Source: Spirochaetales bacterium
GTDB lineage: Bacteria > Spirochaetota > Spirochaetia > Sphaerochaetales > Sphaerochaetaceae
Reading direction: 5' to 3'
Assembly (NCBI GenBank): GCA_017629575.1
Contig: JAGBWX010000008.1
Location: 1 to 53,161, forward strand
Length of the DNA: 53,161 bases
Position 1 is the stretch's first letter. The number at the start of each line of letters is the position of its first letter. The notes below the pieces were generated by a model that saw nothing but the letters and a program-made list of their open reading frames with translations, searched no databases and had not been told where the DNA came from. A program made the translations under genes and the position numbers. This document shows, one piece after another, positions 27,558 through 35,749 of this stretch.

Positions 27558-27571
27558 CCATCCTTTGTAGC

Positions 27572-27580
27572 ATTATACCA
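27572..27580 (-). promoter_or_regulatory. Extended -10 element (TGgTATAAT) for the WYL-like regulator/TCS operon
   Basis: The minus strand reads TGGTATAAT 15 nt upstream of the ATG at 27557, with AGGA in between. Confidence 0.4.
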
Positions 27581-27607
27581 TGGAAATTTTACTTAACATT
27601 AATTTTC

Positions 27608-27644
27608 TGCAACTTTTTGCAACAAAATCGGAGGTTTTTGCAAC
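27608..27644. repeat. Three helically phased TTGCA(A/G) direct repeats in the divergent intergenic region
   Basis: The GCAAC motif occurs at 27609, 27619 and 27640 (spacings 10 and 21 nt). TTTTTGCAAC is repeated exactly at 27614-27623 and 27635-27644. The palindrome ATAGTA-aa-TACTAT lies adjacent at 27648-27661. Confidence 0.35.
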
Positions 27645-27695
27645 AGTATAGTAAATACTATTGAGAAGTTTCTGTCTTGAAACTAAACTAGAGCC

Positions 27696-27896
27696 ATGAG
27701 TGAAGACATCGAAAGACTTGAAATAAAGATCAGCTACCTTGAAAGCGCTATCGCAGAACTCAACGAAGTTGTAGTGTCACAGGCTAAGGAAATGAGGCAT
27801 CTCTCTCTTTGGGTTGAGAAGCTTGAAAGGAAGGTAGAGGACTTGATTGAGGAATCTGGAGAGGCCCGCCCTAATAGAAGGCCTCCTCACTATTAA
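27696..27896 (+). CDS. slyX: SlyX family protein
   Basis: 66 aa coiled-coil: LEIKISYLESAIAELNEVVVSQ...LERKVEDL. It ends ...RPPHY, the characteristic SlyX C-terminus. Confidence 0.75.
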   Translation: MSEDIERLEIKISYLESAIAELNEVVVSQAKEMRHLSLWVEKLERKVEDLIEESGEARPNRRPPHY

Positions 27897-28840
27897 TTTT
27901 CAAAAGCAATATCCTCAGCATATTTAAATGGATAGAAGATCAGATCAGAAGAGCTGAGATTTTCGTTTTGCAGCTTTACGCCCCTGATTCTGCTATTGGT
28001 ATATGTCCTATAGTAGTAGGTTCCAGTACTTCTTTCGCCTGCTGAACTGTAGCGGGTGATTTCATATTGTCCAGGCTTTACCTCAGCACAGCCTCGCTGT
28101 TGCTCTACTGAGGATAGAATATGCATGAAGTCAGAGAGAGTCTCTTTTTTATCATAGACATAGTTCATCTTTGTAAATGATGCCTTTATGAATCTAGATT
28201 GGGATGATAGGTCTCCAGGAAGTCCTATTGCACCCATTCCTCTGGAATATACATCTAGACGGAGTTTCTCAGAGAATCTATTCTCTCCTTCTTTTGCAGA
28301 TAGGCCCATGTAGTTATTGAGAGAAAATAGCTGATACGAAAAAGTTGGACTATTTGTCAAAACACCGACAGGGTTGTCGTGGATTTCCAATCCATTTATT
28401 GTTTCCTCTACGACAAATGACGATGTCTCATCTCCGATTAACCAATGAAGGGGAGACGGTGGCATATTTTGTGCGAATGCTTCTTTTGAGATGGTTGCAT
28501 CCCTGAGAAGTTCCTTAGCTTCTTCTACTGTCTCTGCCTGAGCTAGAATGTAAGGTATGATTTCAAAGGATGCTAGATTCCCAAGGTTCTTGTAGTCTGC
28601 ATAGTGCGGGAAATTCAATCCAGCTGCACCCAAGCCCTTCTCGTTGATTGCATCGTAGTATAGTGGATAGTTATTTGAGATAATTGCAGTGCCGATTATC
28701 GCATAATGTTTAGCTAAAAATGGAGTATGTCTGAAGCTCAAAGGAAAGCATCGAGGTGTTACTGCGATGCCTTCCCCAAAGGATATCTCCAAATCTAGAT
28801 TTCTTCCGAAAAATTCTTTTGTTGAAATTGCTGTACACAT
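27893..28840 (-). CDS. Choloylglycine hydrolase family Ntn-hydrolase (bile salt hydrolase / penicillin V acylase-like)
   Basis: 315 aa. It starts MCTAIS..FFGRNLDLE, with Cys2 as the nucleophile. YDAINEKGLGAAGLNFPHYADY is typical of the CBAH family. Confidence 0.85.
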   Translation of the reverse strand: MCTAISTKEFFGRNLDLEISFGEGIAVTPRCFPLSFRHTPFLAKHYAIIGTAIISNNYPLYYDAINEKGLGAAGLNFPHYADYKNLGNLASFEIIPYILAQAETVEEAKELLRDATISKEAFAQNMPPSPLHWLIGDETSSFVVEETINGLEIHDNPVGVLTNSPTFSYQLFSLNNYMGLSAKEGENRFSEKLRLDVYSRGMGAIGLPGDLSSQSRFIKASFTKMNYVYDKKETLSDFMHILSSVEQQRGCAEVKPGQYEITRYSSAGERSTGTYYYRTYTNSRIRGVKLQNENLSSSDLIFYPFKYAEDIAFEN

Positions 28841-28884
28841 ATCTGGAAGATAAAAGTTCCAGCTTAATGCGTATAGCGACTATA

Positions 28885-29766
28885 TTAGATATCTACCCCA
28901 AGAATTCTCTTTGCAAGAATACCAATTACGAAGCTTACAGCTGCAACAGATAGACTGATTCCTGCCATCTCGATAAAGCGCTTCTTGAAGGATTCTTCTT
29001 TGGCTACTGCGATGTAGTAGCTGAAGAGTGCAATGATTACAACAACTGCTACAAGCATCAGAATAAGAGCAAGAAGGAATGATGATGTAGGCAGCAAGAG
29101 GTAAGGGAGGATCATCGCTGCAACAGATACAAGGTACGCAATTCCGGTATAGAGTGCGCTTTTCTTTGCATTTGCATCTCCATCGCTCTTTGCAGAAAGA
29201 TATTCGCTTGATGCCATTGATAGTGTTGCTGAAATACCTGTAATGAGGCCAGAGAGGGCAATGATTCTAGTGTTCTGCAAAGCAAAGGTAAGACCAGCAA
29301 GTGTGCCAGAGAGCTCTACAAGAGCATCAGAAAGACCAAGAACCATAGAGCCAACATATTGAAGTCTCTCTTCATCGAGAATTGCCAAGAGCTCTTTCTC
29401 GTGTCTTTCCTCATCTGCCATAATCTGGGCTGCTACAGGGACCTCTTTGATGAGAGCGCCATATTTCTTAGAAGCATTGTTCTCTCCCATCTCCATCTTC
29501 TTAAGTGCAAAAGTATAGCCGAGGATGCGCGCAATGATTGCCCACTTCCTAACAACTCTCTTCTGTACCTTCAGTTTCTTATTTGTATATCCTGCCCAAA
29601 TTTCAGCATGCTTTTGCTCCTCAGCTGAAATTCTCAAAAGAGTCTCTTTATCTTTTTCGTTCTTGATAAATCCTGCGATAGTTGCATAAATCTGAGCTTC
29701 ATTGACTTCATTCTGCTGAAGCGATTCCAATAACTTCAGGGTTTCTTTTGAAAGTTCTTTTTCCAT
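28885..29766 (-). CDS. VIT1/CCC1 family iron/manganese transporter with an N-terminal ferritin-like domain
   Basis: N-terminal di-iron-like helices (EAQIY..., SAEEQKHAEIW, ADEERHEKEL) and a C-terminal VIT1 membrane domain (GSMVLGLSDALVELSGTLAG...). AAGGAG Shine-Dalgarno lies 8 nt before the ATG at 29766, which I prefer over 29787. Confidence 0.8.
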   Translation of the reverse strand: MEKELSKETLKLLESLQQNEVNEAQIYATIAGFIKNEKDKETLLRISAEEQKHAEIWAGYTNKKLKVQKRVVRKWAIIARILGYTFALKKMEMGENNASKKYGALIKEVPVAAQIMADEERHEKELLAILDEERLQYVGSMVLGLSDALVELSGTLAGLTFALQNTRIIALSGLITGISATLSMASSEYLSAKSDGDANAKKSALYTGIAYLVSVAAMILPYLLLPTSSFLLALILMLVAVVVIIALFSYYIAVAKEESFKKRFIEMAGISLSVAAVSFVIGILAKRILGVDI

Positions 29767-29803
29767 AAAGCATCTCCTTCTGCTCATTCTAAAGCCAAAT
29801 AGA

Positions 29804-31075
29804 TTAAATTACAAATTTTGTATTTGATATATCATCGGGCATTTTCATGAATATTTCTGAGATTTCTTTCCTTTTCAGGAAGACATTCACAAATATTGAC
29901 AACATTCCAATTGCACATGCGATTATGACTGTCTCACGTATTCCGATTAAATCACCAAGAGCTCCACCAATTGATGTCACAACCATAATGAAGATAGAGT
30001 TTCTAACTCCAAGCAAGCTATTAATCTTGCCTCTGTCTTCATCTGGGATGTAGTTCTGTACAGCGCTTGCTCTGAGAACGGCTGAGTTGATTCCCAAGAA
30101 GCCGCAAGCAGCTCTCATAGCTAACATGATAGGGAAGGATACAAACAAAAGGATGCTGTCACAGATTTCATAGAACACATAAACAAAGAGTGTTGCTGCT
30201 GTTTTATGTGAGTTCTTGAACTTAACATTGTAGTTGAAGAATCCTCCGACAGATCTTCCGGCAAATTCTGCAATATTCAAATAGCTGTATAGGATAAGCC
30301 CTAAGGCAGGGTTAATGGTGAACCATGCAACAGCCATAATCTCTCGGAGCTTCCACATACCACCTCCGACAGCAACATTGATATACCATCTATTTAGGCC
30401 TGTTTCTTTCTTTAGGTATTCTCTGGCTACCTTCAACTCAAGGAGGAAAGTCGTTAAAGGATTTTCCTTTAAGTTCACATCTTTCTTTGGTCCTCTCTCC
30501 TTGATCATGGACTCAATGAGGGAAGAGATGAACAGGCAGATGCTGATTGCAAACATGATGAAAGGAAGGCCCATCTTGCTATATAGCAATGCAGCAATAG
30601 GTGTGAAGAATACGCTGACCGTTGGATAGATCATGCTTGATACGGAGTATCCTTTTTGCTCAAAGCCAGTTGGAATCAAGGATGGGAAATACGCTTCATA
30701 TGCAACTTGATAAACTCCGCCCATACATCCGCAAATAATATCAAAGAGCATAAATAGGCCATAATTGAAGCCTATTTTTCCAAAAAGAAAAGATCCAAGC
30801 AGAAATAGAGATGCCATCAAGAAGTCTAAAATAACGATGAAGTTCTTCTTGTGATGGGCATCTACAAATGGGCCTGCGACTATTGGGATTATGATATTGG
30901 GAATCAGTCCTGCGCCAAGAAAGATTCCAGATAGGAATGTCGATTGAGTCTCATAATAGACAATGACAGACATCAAGAAGCTCATGGCAACATCTGCAAT
31001 GGCACTTGGTACAGAGCCTATTGAGAGTGCTATGAAATCGTGTGTCCAAAGAGTCTTCTTTATCTGTCTGTCCAT
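29804..31075 (-). CDS. MFS transporter
   Basis: 423 aa, about 12 TM, with GPFVD in loop 2-3, which is typical of MFS. It overlaps the upstream gene by 16 nt. The substrate cannot be assigned. Confidence 0.7.
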   Translation of the reverse strand: MDRQIKKTLWTHDFIALSIGSVPSAIADVAMSFLMSVIVYYETQSTFLSGIFLGAGLIPNIIIPIVAGPFVDAHHKKNFIVILDFLMASLFLLGSFLFGKIGFNYGLFMLFDIICGCMGGVYQVAYEAYFPSLIPTGFEQKGYSVSSMIYPTVSVFFTPIAALLYSKMGLPFIMFAISICLFISSLIESMIKERGPKKDVNLKENPLTTFLLELKVAREYLKKETGLNRWYINVAVGGGMWKLREIMAVAWFTINPALGLILYSYLNIAEFAGRSVGGFFNYNVKFKNSHKTAATLFVYVFYEICDSILLFVSFPIMLAMRAACGFLGINSAVLRASAVQNYIPDEDRGKINSLLGVRNSIFIMVVTSIGGALGDLIGIRETVIIACAIGMLSIFVNVFLKRKEISEIFMKMPDDISNTKFVI

Positions 31076-31848
31076 TCTGTGAGGGCGGTGAAGACTTCAC
31101 TTTCACTGCCATCTTCCTCTTTTCTATAAATCTTGGTCATGAAAGAAGAGCCATCCTTTTTGCGGAATGTCTTTGCATATAGATTGTCTCCTGCAAAGCT
31201 CTGCTTCTCCCACTTAACGTCCATGAGAGTTGGTCTGTTTTTATCCAGGAATTCCTTTGGAAAAGATTCTACTGCCCATGTTACATAGGAGATATTGTTT
31301 ACATGCTGATTGTAGTCAGTGTCATAGTAGCTGATTGAAATCTCACTACTGCCAAAAGGCTCAGCTTCAAATTCCTCAAGAGAAGGATATGGTGCGAGTG
31401 CAGGATCCTTCCATCTTGTTGCCTTTTCTGCAAAAGGAAGCTTTTCCTTGAATACATCTGGGCGACATGGCCTATTTCTTTCTAAGTCGATTACAATCCA
31501 CCAAGAACAGGTGGAGAATGCTAGCTCTCCTGTTTTTTTGTCCCTGCATTCAACCATTCTTGGGCTGTAAATTCTGTGTCCTTCCTGATACCAGGTATCT
31601 AGTTCAAGGACATCTGTCCAGCTTACGAGCTTACCGATTTCCATTCTGGAGCGAATGATCATCCAAGTCTTGTTCTCATTGTCTCTCAGAGTCTTGAGGC
31701 CGCATCCCTTCTCATTGGCATGAAGACCGCCCATTTCCTGATTGAGGCCAAAATAGAATGATGGCTTAGCATCATAGAAAGAGTCCGTGTCTATGCTCTT
31801 GACGAATATCTCGTCATGTCCAATATTTTCATTATCTACGTAGAACAT
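31060..31848 (-). CDS. Acyl-ACP thioesterase family protein
   Basis: 262 aa with a double hot-dog layout. ...WMIIRSRMEIGKLVSWTDVLELDTWYQ... and ...YYDTDYNQHVNNISYVTWAVES... are characteristic of Acyl-ACP_TE. Confidence 0.7.
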   Translation of the reverse strand: MFYVDNENIGHDEIFVKSIDTDSFYDAKPSFYFGLNQEMGGLHANEKGCGLKTLRDNENKTWMIIRSRMEIGKLVSWTDVLELDTWYQEGHRIYSPRMVECRDKKTGELAFSTCSWWIVIDLERNRPCRPDVFKEKLPFAEKATRWKDPALAPYPSLEEFEAEPFGSSEISISYYDTDYNQHVNNISYVTWAVESFPKEFLDKNRPTLMDVKWEKQSFAGDNLYAKTFRKKDGSSFMTKIYRKEEDGSESEVFTALTEWTDR

Positions 31849-31850
31849 TG

Positions 31851-32390
31851 TTAAATAGCCTTATAGAAGCGGACCATGGAGCGTCCATACTTTCTTTCAT
31901 CTTTGAATGCAAATCCTTCGATTTCCTCTGGCCAAAGCTTCTTTTCCTCTTCTGGATAGTGGCAGATGAAGAGGCCTCCCTCTTTGATCATCTTTGCTTC
32001 TGCTACTTTCTTGAAGAGCTCAACTTTTCCTTCCATGTTGAATGGAGGGTCTGCGTATACGATATCGTAGGTATATCCTGGGTTGGATGCGATGAATCTA
32101 TTTACATCCATCATGAATAACTTCTTTGATTCCTCAACAAAGGAAAGATTCTTCTCTATTGTTGTCTTCTTGCCTCTATCCATCTCAACAAGGTGAATAG
32201 GCTCAGCACCCCTGGATGCCGCTTCGATAGCAACGCAGCCTGAACCTGAGAAGAGGTCCAAGAAGGAGCAGCCAGTAAGGTCTCCAAGGATTGCGAATAA
32301 AGATTCTCTCATTCTGTCCATAGCTGGTCTAATGACCCCTGGTGGGCAGACAACGTTTCTTCTGCAGTATTTACCGCCGGTAATTCTCAT
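31851..32390 (-). CDS. rsmD: 16S rRNA (guanine966-N2)-methyltransferase
   Basis: 179 aa. MRITGGKY..R......RP..DR.RESLF, FLDLFSGSG (SAM motif I) and YADPPF (motif IV). Confidence 0.85.
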   Translation of the reverse strand: MRITGGKYCRRNVVCPPGVIRPAMDRMRESLFAILGDLTGCSFLDLFSGSGCVAIEAASRGAEPIHLVEMDRGKKTTIEKNLSFVEESKKLFMMDVNRFIASNPGYTYDIVYADPPFNMEGKVELFKKVAEAKMIKEGGLFICHYPEEEKKLWPEEIEGFAFKDERKYGRSMVRFYKAI

Positions 32391-33746
32391 TTAGTCCTCC
32401 AGGAAGGTAAAGCTTATAACCTTTCCTTCCCATTCCATATCGGATCTGCTGAAAGATCCTGTTTCTGTTTCAATTTCGCCCCTTTGGTTATCGATAGGGT
32501 CAGCTGCATAGTGCTTTTTGCCATTAAGAACCATTGCGCAGGCATTGTTGTTTGGGGTTCTGAATACATCTCCAGAGCCAAAATAATATTTCCATCTTGC
32601 CTCTTTGCCTAGTCTGTAGCCACCACCGCCAAAGGAACAGTCAGCAAAGCACCAACCAAGCTCAGGAAGATAGAACTCCGCCCAATCGTGGCAGAATACA
32701 CCTTCCGGTGTTGTGTACCAACCGGACTGCCATCTTGCAGGCACCTTTGCGATTCTGCAAAGTGTGATGAAAAGAAGCGCCTGGATTCCGCAATCTCCCT
32801 TGAGATTGCTTGCTGCATATTCAGAGAGATTGTTTATAGAACCATACTCTCTAACATAGGAGTATCTTACATGAGTTGTAATCCAGTTGTAGATGGCTTT
32901 AGCCTTCTCTGCTGGTCTATCGAACCCTTTTGTAATTCTATTGGCCAGGGCTTTTAGCATTGGCGTGAATAGGATATGAGGACCTTCCTCTTTCAAGTAT
33001 TCACTGAATTCCTTTTCATCTATTTTAGCAGAGCAGTCAGTTATGTCATTGAAGACGCTCTTTATAACGTACTCAAATTCGATGAAGAAGCTATCGCCTT
33101 CTTCAAGAACCTTTGAGAATCTAGCTGTCCTCATCAAAGCATTTTCATCATCAACGCCAATATAGCCAGCAGAAGCAGAGATGAATTTGATGCTTTCAAT
33201 GGACTCTGCCTTTCTGACAACAGGAAGGTGTACAAGAGCTTTTTCACCATAGCCCTTAAGAGGCTTTAGCGATGCTCTGACTCTGACTTTTGCCCTTCTG
33301 GTCTTATGCTCAAGCATATATGAAACATTGTTGTCTCTTAGGGCAGAGTCGCTATCCTGATTGTCATCCTCTAAAACAGGAGCAAGACCTGTACATCTCT
33401 TGGCAGCATTCTCGACGACTCTCTTTGCCATCATGATTCTGCCATCAATGAATCTCCAATCAAGGTCTCCGTTGAGGATGTAGGAGTGGACTTTGCCTGG
33501 CTTATATGTGTCTGGATAAGCTTCCTTCAAAAGCTCATCAACCTTCTCCATGGTGTATGGATAGCAGTCTTTGATGATTTCAATGTTATGCTTTTCAAGT
33601 TCTATTCTTTCCTTTGTTTCCAAAGGGCAGTTCTTATCTGCGAGATAAGAGTCCATGAGAATATTTGCAAGGGAAAAGGAGCCCGCCTTGACAGCACTTT
33701 CTATTGCTTCTGGAAGTGGATATGCTTGAGCTTCTAATTTAAGCAT
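32391..33746 (-). CDS. Transglutaminase-like cysteine protease superfamily protein
   Basis: 451 aa. The core GDCGIQALLFITLCR...CHDWAEFYLPELGWCFADCS provides the Cys-His-Asp transglutaminase-core pattern. Confidence 0.8.
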   Translation of the reverse strand: MLKLEAQAYPLPEAIESAVKAGSFSLANILMDSYLADKNCPLETKERIELEKHNIEIIKDCYPYTMEKVDELLKEAYPDTYKPGKVHSYILNGDLDWRFIDGRIMMAKRVVENAAKRCTGLAPVLEDDNQDSDSALRDNNVSYMLEHKTRRAKVRVRASLKPLKGYGEKALVHLPVVRKAESIESIKFISASAGYIGVDDENALMRTARFSKVLEEGDSFFIEFEYVIKSVFNDITDCSAKIDEKEFSEYLKEEGPHILFTPMLKALANRITKGFDRPAEKAKAIYNWITTHVRYSYVREYGSINNLSEYAASNLKGDCGIQALLFITLCRIAKVPARWQSGWYTTPEGVFCHDWAEFYLPELGWCFADCSFGGGGYRLGKEARWKYYFGSGDVFRTPNNNACAMVLNGKKHYAADPIDNQRGEIETETGSFSRSDMEWEGKVISFTFLED

Positions 33747-33747
33747 A

Positions 33748-34314
33748 TTATGCCTCAGGCCAAAGGCCTATCTCGCTTGCGATTTCTGTCATTGCTTCGA
33801 TTGAAAGCTCGATGATCTTTGGAATTTCTTCGCCAAGCATTGCTGCACCATTTGTGATAATGTCTCTATTTACTCCAGCGGCAAAGCCCTTTGAAGACCA
33901 CTTCTTCTTTACTGACTTTACTGTGATTCCCTGCATCTTCTCCGGTCTCATTAAGGCTGTGGCTGTAATAAGACCTGTGAGTTCATCGATTGTATAGAGA
34001 ACAATCTCCATCTTTCTTTCTGGCTTTACATCAGAACATAAGCCCCAGCCATGGCTCTGGACAGCTCTGATTACATCATCACCAGCTCCAATCTCCTTCA
34101 GGAGTCTTGGTGCAACCATGCAGTGCTCTTCTGGGAACATTTCCCAGTCGATGTCGTGCAGGAGGCCGATAATGCCCCAATAATCCTGATCTTCGCCATA
34201 TTCCTTTGCGAATCTTCTCATTACTGCTTCTACTGAAAGAGCATGATGGAACAGGCTCTCTGACTTATTGTATTTCTTCCAAAGCTCAATAGCTGTATTT
34301 CTTTCGATGGACAT
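33748..34314 (-). CDS. HD-domain metal-dependent phosphohydrolase
   Basis: 188 aa. H...HALSVEAV... and GLLHDIDWE provide the H..HD motif. Confidence 0.8.
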   Translation of the reverse strand: MSIERNTAIELWKKYNKSESLFHHALSVEAVMRRFAKEYGEDQDYWGIIGLLHDIDWEMFPEEHCMVAPRLLKEIGAGDDVIRAVQSHGWGLCSDVKPERKMEIVLYTIDELTGLITATALMRPEKMQGITVKSVKKKWSSKGFAAGVNRDIITNGAAMLGEEIPKIIELSIEAMTEIASEIGLWPEA

Positions 34315-34453
34315 TTTTACCTCCCATTTTTAGATAGTGTATCACTTGGCATAAACATTTTCAGGATATCTGTTTAAATTAGGTAAACATTTAGAAGCAA
34401 AATAGTTGAAATTGCAAAAAAATTGAATGATATTCTCTTGTGTGAGGTAGTTA

Positions 34454-35584
34454 ATGAACATTAGTTGGAAGACATGTATGAGAGTTGCAATCTCTGGATT
34501 TGCTCTATTTTTGGCAATTACATATTGGCCTAGCATTTCAGAGTTCCTGTCTGTATTATATGGTGCTATTTATCCTGTTTTGTTCGGATTCATACTTGCC
34601 TATGTCCTCAATATCTTGATGAGATTTTATGAGAGGCACTTCCTTCCAAAGAACAAAAACAAAGGTATTGCTGCTCTACGTAGACCTCTGTGCTTAGTTC
34701 TATCGATCCTCACGCTCGTCTTAATCATCATATTCATCTTCAATATGATCATTCCTGAGCTTGTGTCATGCCTTCAGACTCTTGTAATGGAAATACCACG
34801 CTTAATCGAGAAGCTTATCAACTCTGATTTCTTGGAAAGACACCTCCCTAAAGAAATATATGATTGGGTTTACTCATATGATTGGAGGGGAATGCTCAAT
34901 AAGACATATGAAAAATTGAAAGGGTATATGGGGACAGCTGTGGCTGGTGTTCTTGGTGCTGTTACAACAGTGTTCTCAAGGACAATCACATTCTTCCTTT
35001 CCTTTATATTCACAATCTATTTCCTCATAGGTAAGGAATCTCTCCTGAATCAGGGATGGAGATTGATGAATGCATATGTGAAGCCAGAGGTCCTCAAAAG
35101 AGTGGAGCATGTGCTTGTTGTTTTGGACAACTCTTTCTCAAAGTTTATTGTCGGGCAGTGTACAGAGGCTGTTATCCTTGGTTCTCTGTGTGCTCTTGGC
35201 ATGTGGGTGTTCAGATTCCCATATGCAATCATGATAGGAACCCTAATTGGATTTACAGCACTCATTCCTGTTGCTGGAGCCTATATAGGAGCAGCAACTG
35301 GCATGATTATGATTGCCACTGTATCTTTCCCAAAAGCGCTGTTATTCTTGCTTTTCATTGTTGTTTTGCAGCAACTTGAGGGCAATCTGATCTATCCAAA
35401 GGTTGTAGGTGGTTCTATCAATCTGCCTGCTATATGGGTTCTTGCCTCAATTACTGTGTTTGGTGGACTCTTTGGTATTGTAGGTATGCTGGTGGGCGTT
35501 CCCCTTGTTGCAGCTGCCTACACTCTCATTAAAGAAAAGGTAAAAAAGATAGAGTCGCAGAAGAAGACCGAAACAAAAAAATAA
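34454..35584 (+). CDS. AI-2E family transporter (PerM/UPF0118)
   Basis: 376 aa, 7-8 TM. The C-terminal ...LQQLEGNLIYPKVVGGSINLP... is the conserved AI-2E motif. Confidence 0.85.
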   Translation: MNISWKTCMRVAISGFALFLAITYWPSISEFLSVLYGAIYPVLFGFILAYVLNILMRFYERHFLPKNKNKGIAALRRPLCLVLSILTLVLIIIFIFNMIIPELVSCLQTLVMEIPRLIEKLINSDFLERHLPKEIYDWVYSYDWRGMLNKTYEKLKGYMGTAVAGVLGAVTTVFSRTITFFLSFIFTIYFLIGKESLLNQGWRLMNAYVKPEVLKRVEHVLVVLDNSFSKFIVGQCTEAVILGSLCALGMWVFRFPYAIMIGTLIGFTALIPVAGAYIGAATGMIMIATVSFPKALLFLLFIVVLQQLEGNLIYPKVVGGSINLPAIWVLASITVFGGLFGIVGMLVGVPLVAAAYTLIKEKVKKIESQKKTETKK

Positions 35585-35690
35585 AAGTTTTGATAAAAAG
35601 CAAATTGAAGACGTATAAATAGTCTTACAAATCCAAAAAAAAGGCATATTTCTTATTGAAAGTAATTCAAACTATGCTTAAGCTATGATG

Positions 35691-35721
35691 GGCGAAAAAG
35701 GGATGTGACCTTTCGCCTTTT
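35691..35721 (+). promoter_or_regulatory. Terminator-like hairpin in the 5' leader of the antiporter gene (possible attenuator)
   Basis: GGCGAAA (35691-35697) / TTTCGCC (35711-35717) followed by TTTT. It lies between a putative promoter (TTGAAA 35656-35661, 17 nt, TAAGCT 35679-35684) and the GAGGAG Shine-Dalgarno and ATG at 35750. Confidence 0.4.
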
Positions 35722-35749
35722 ATAATGACTTTTAGAGGAGATTTTCCTA

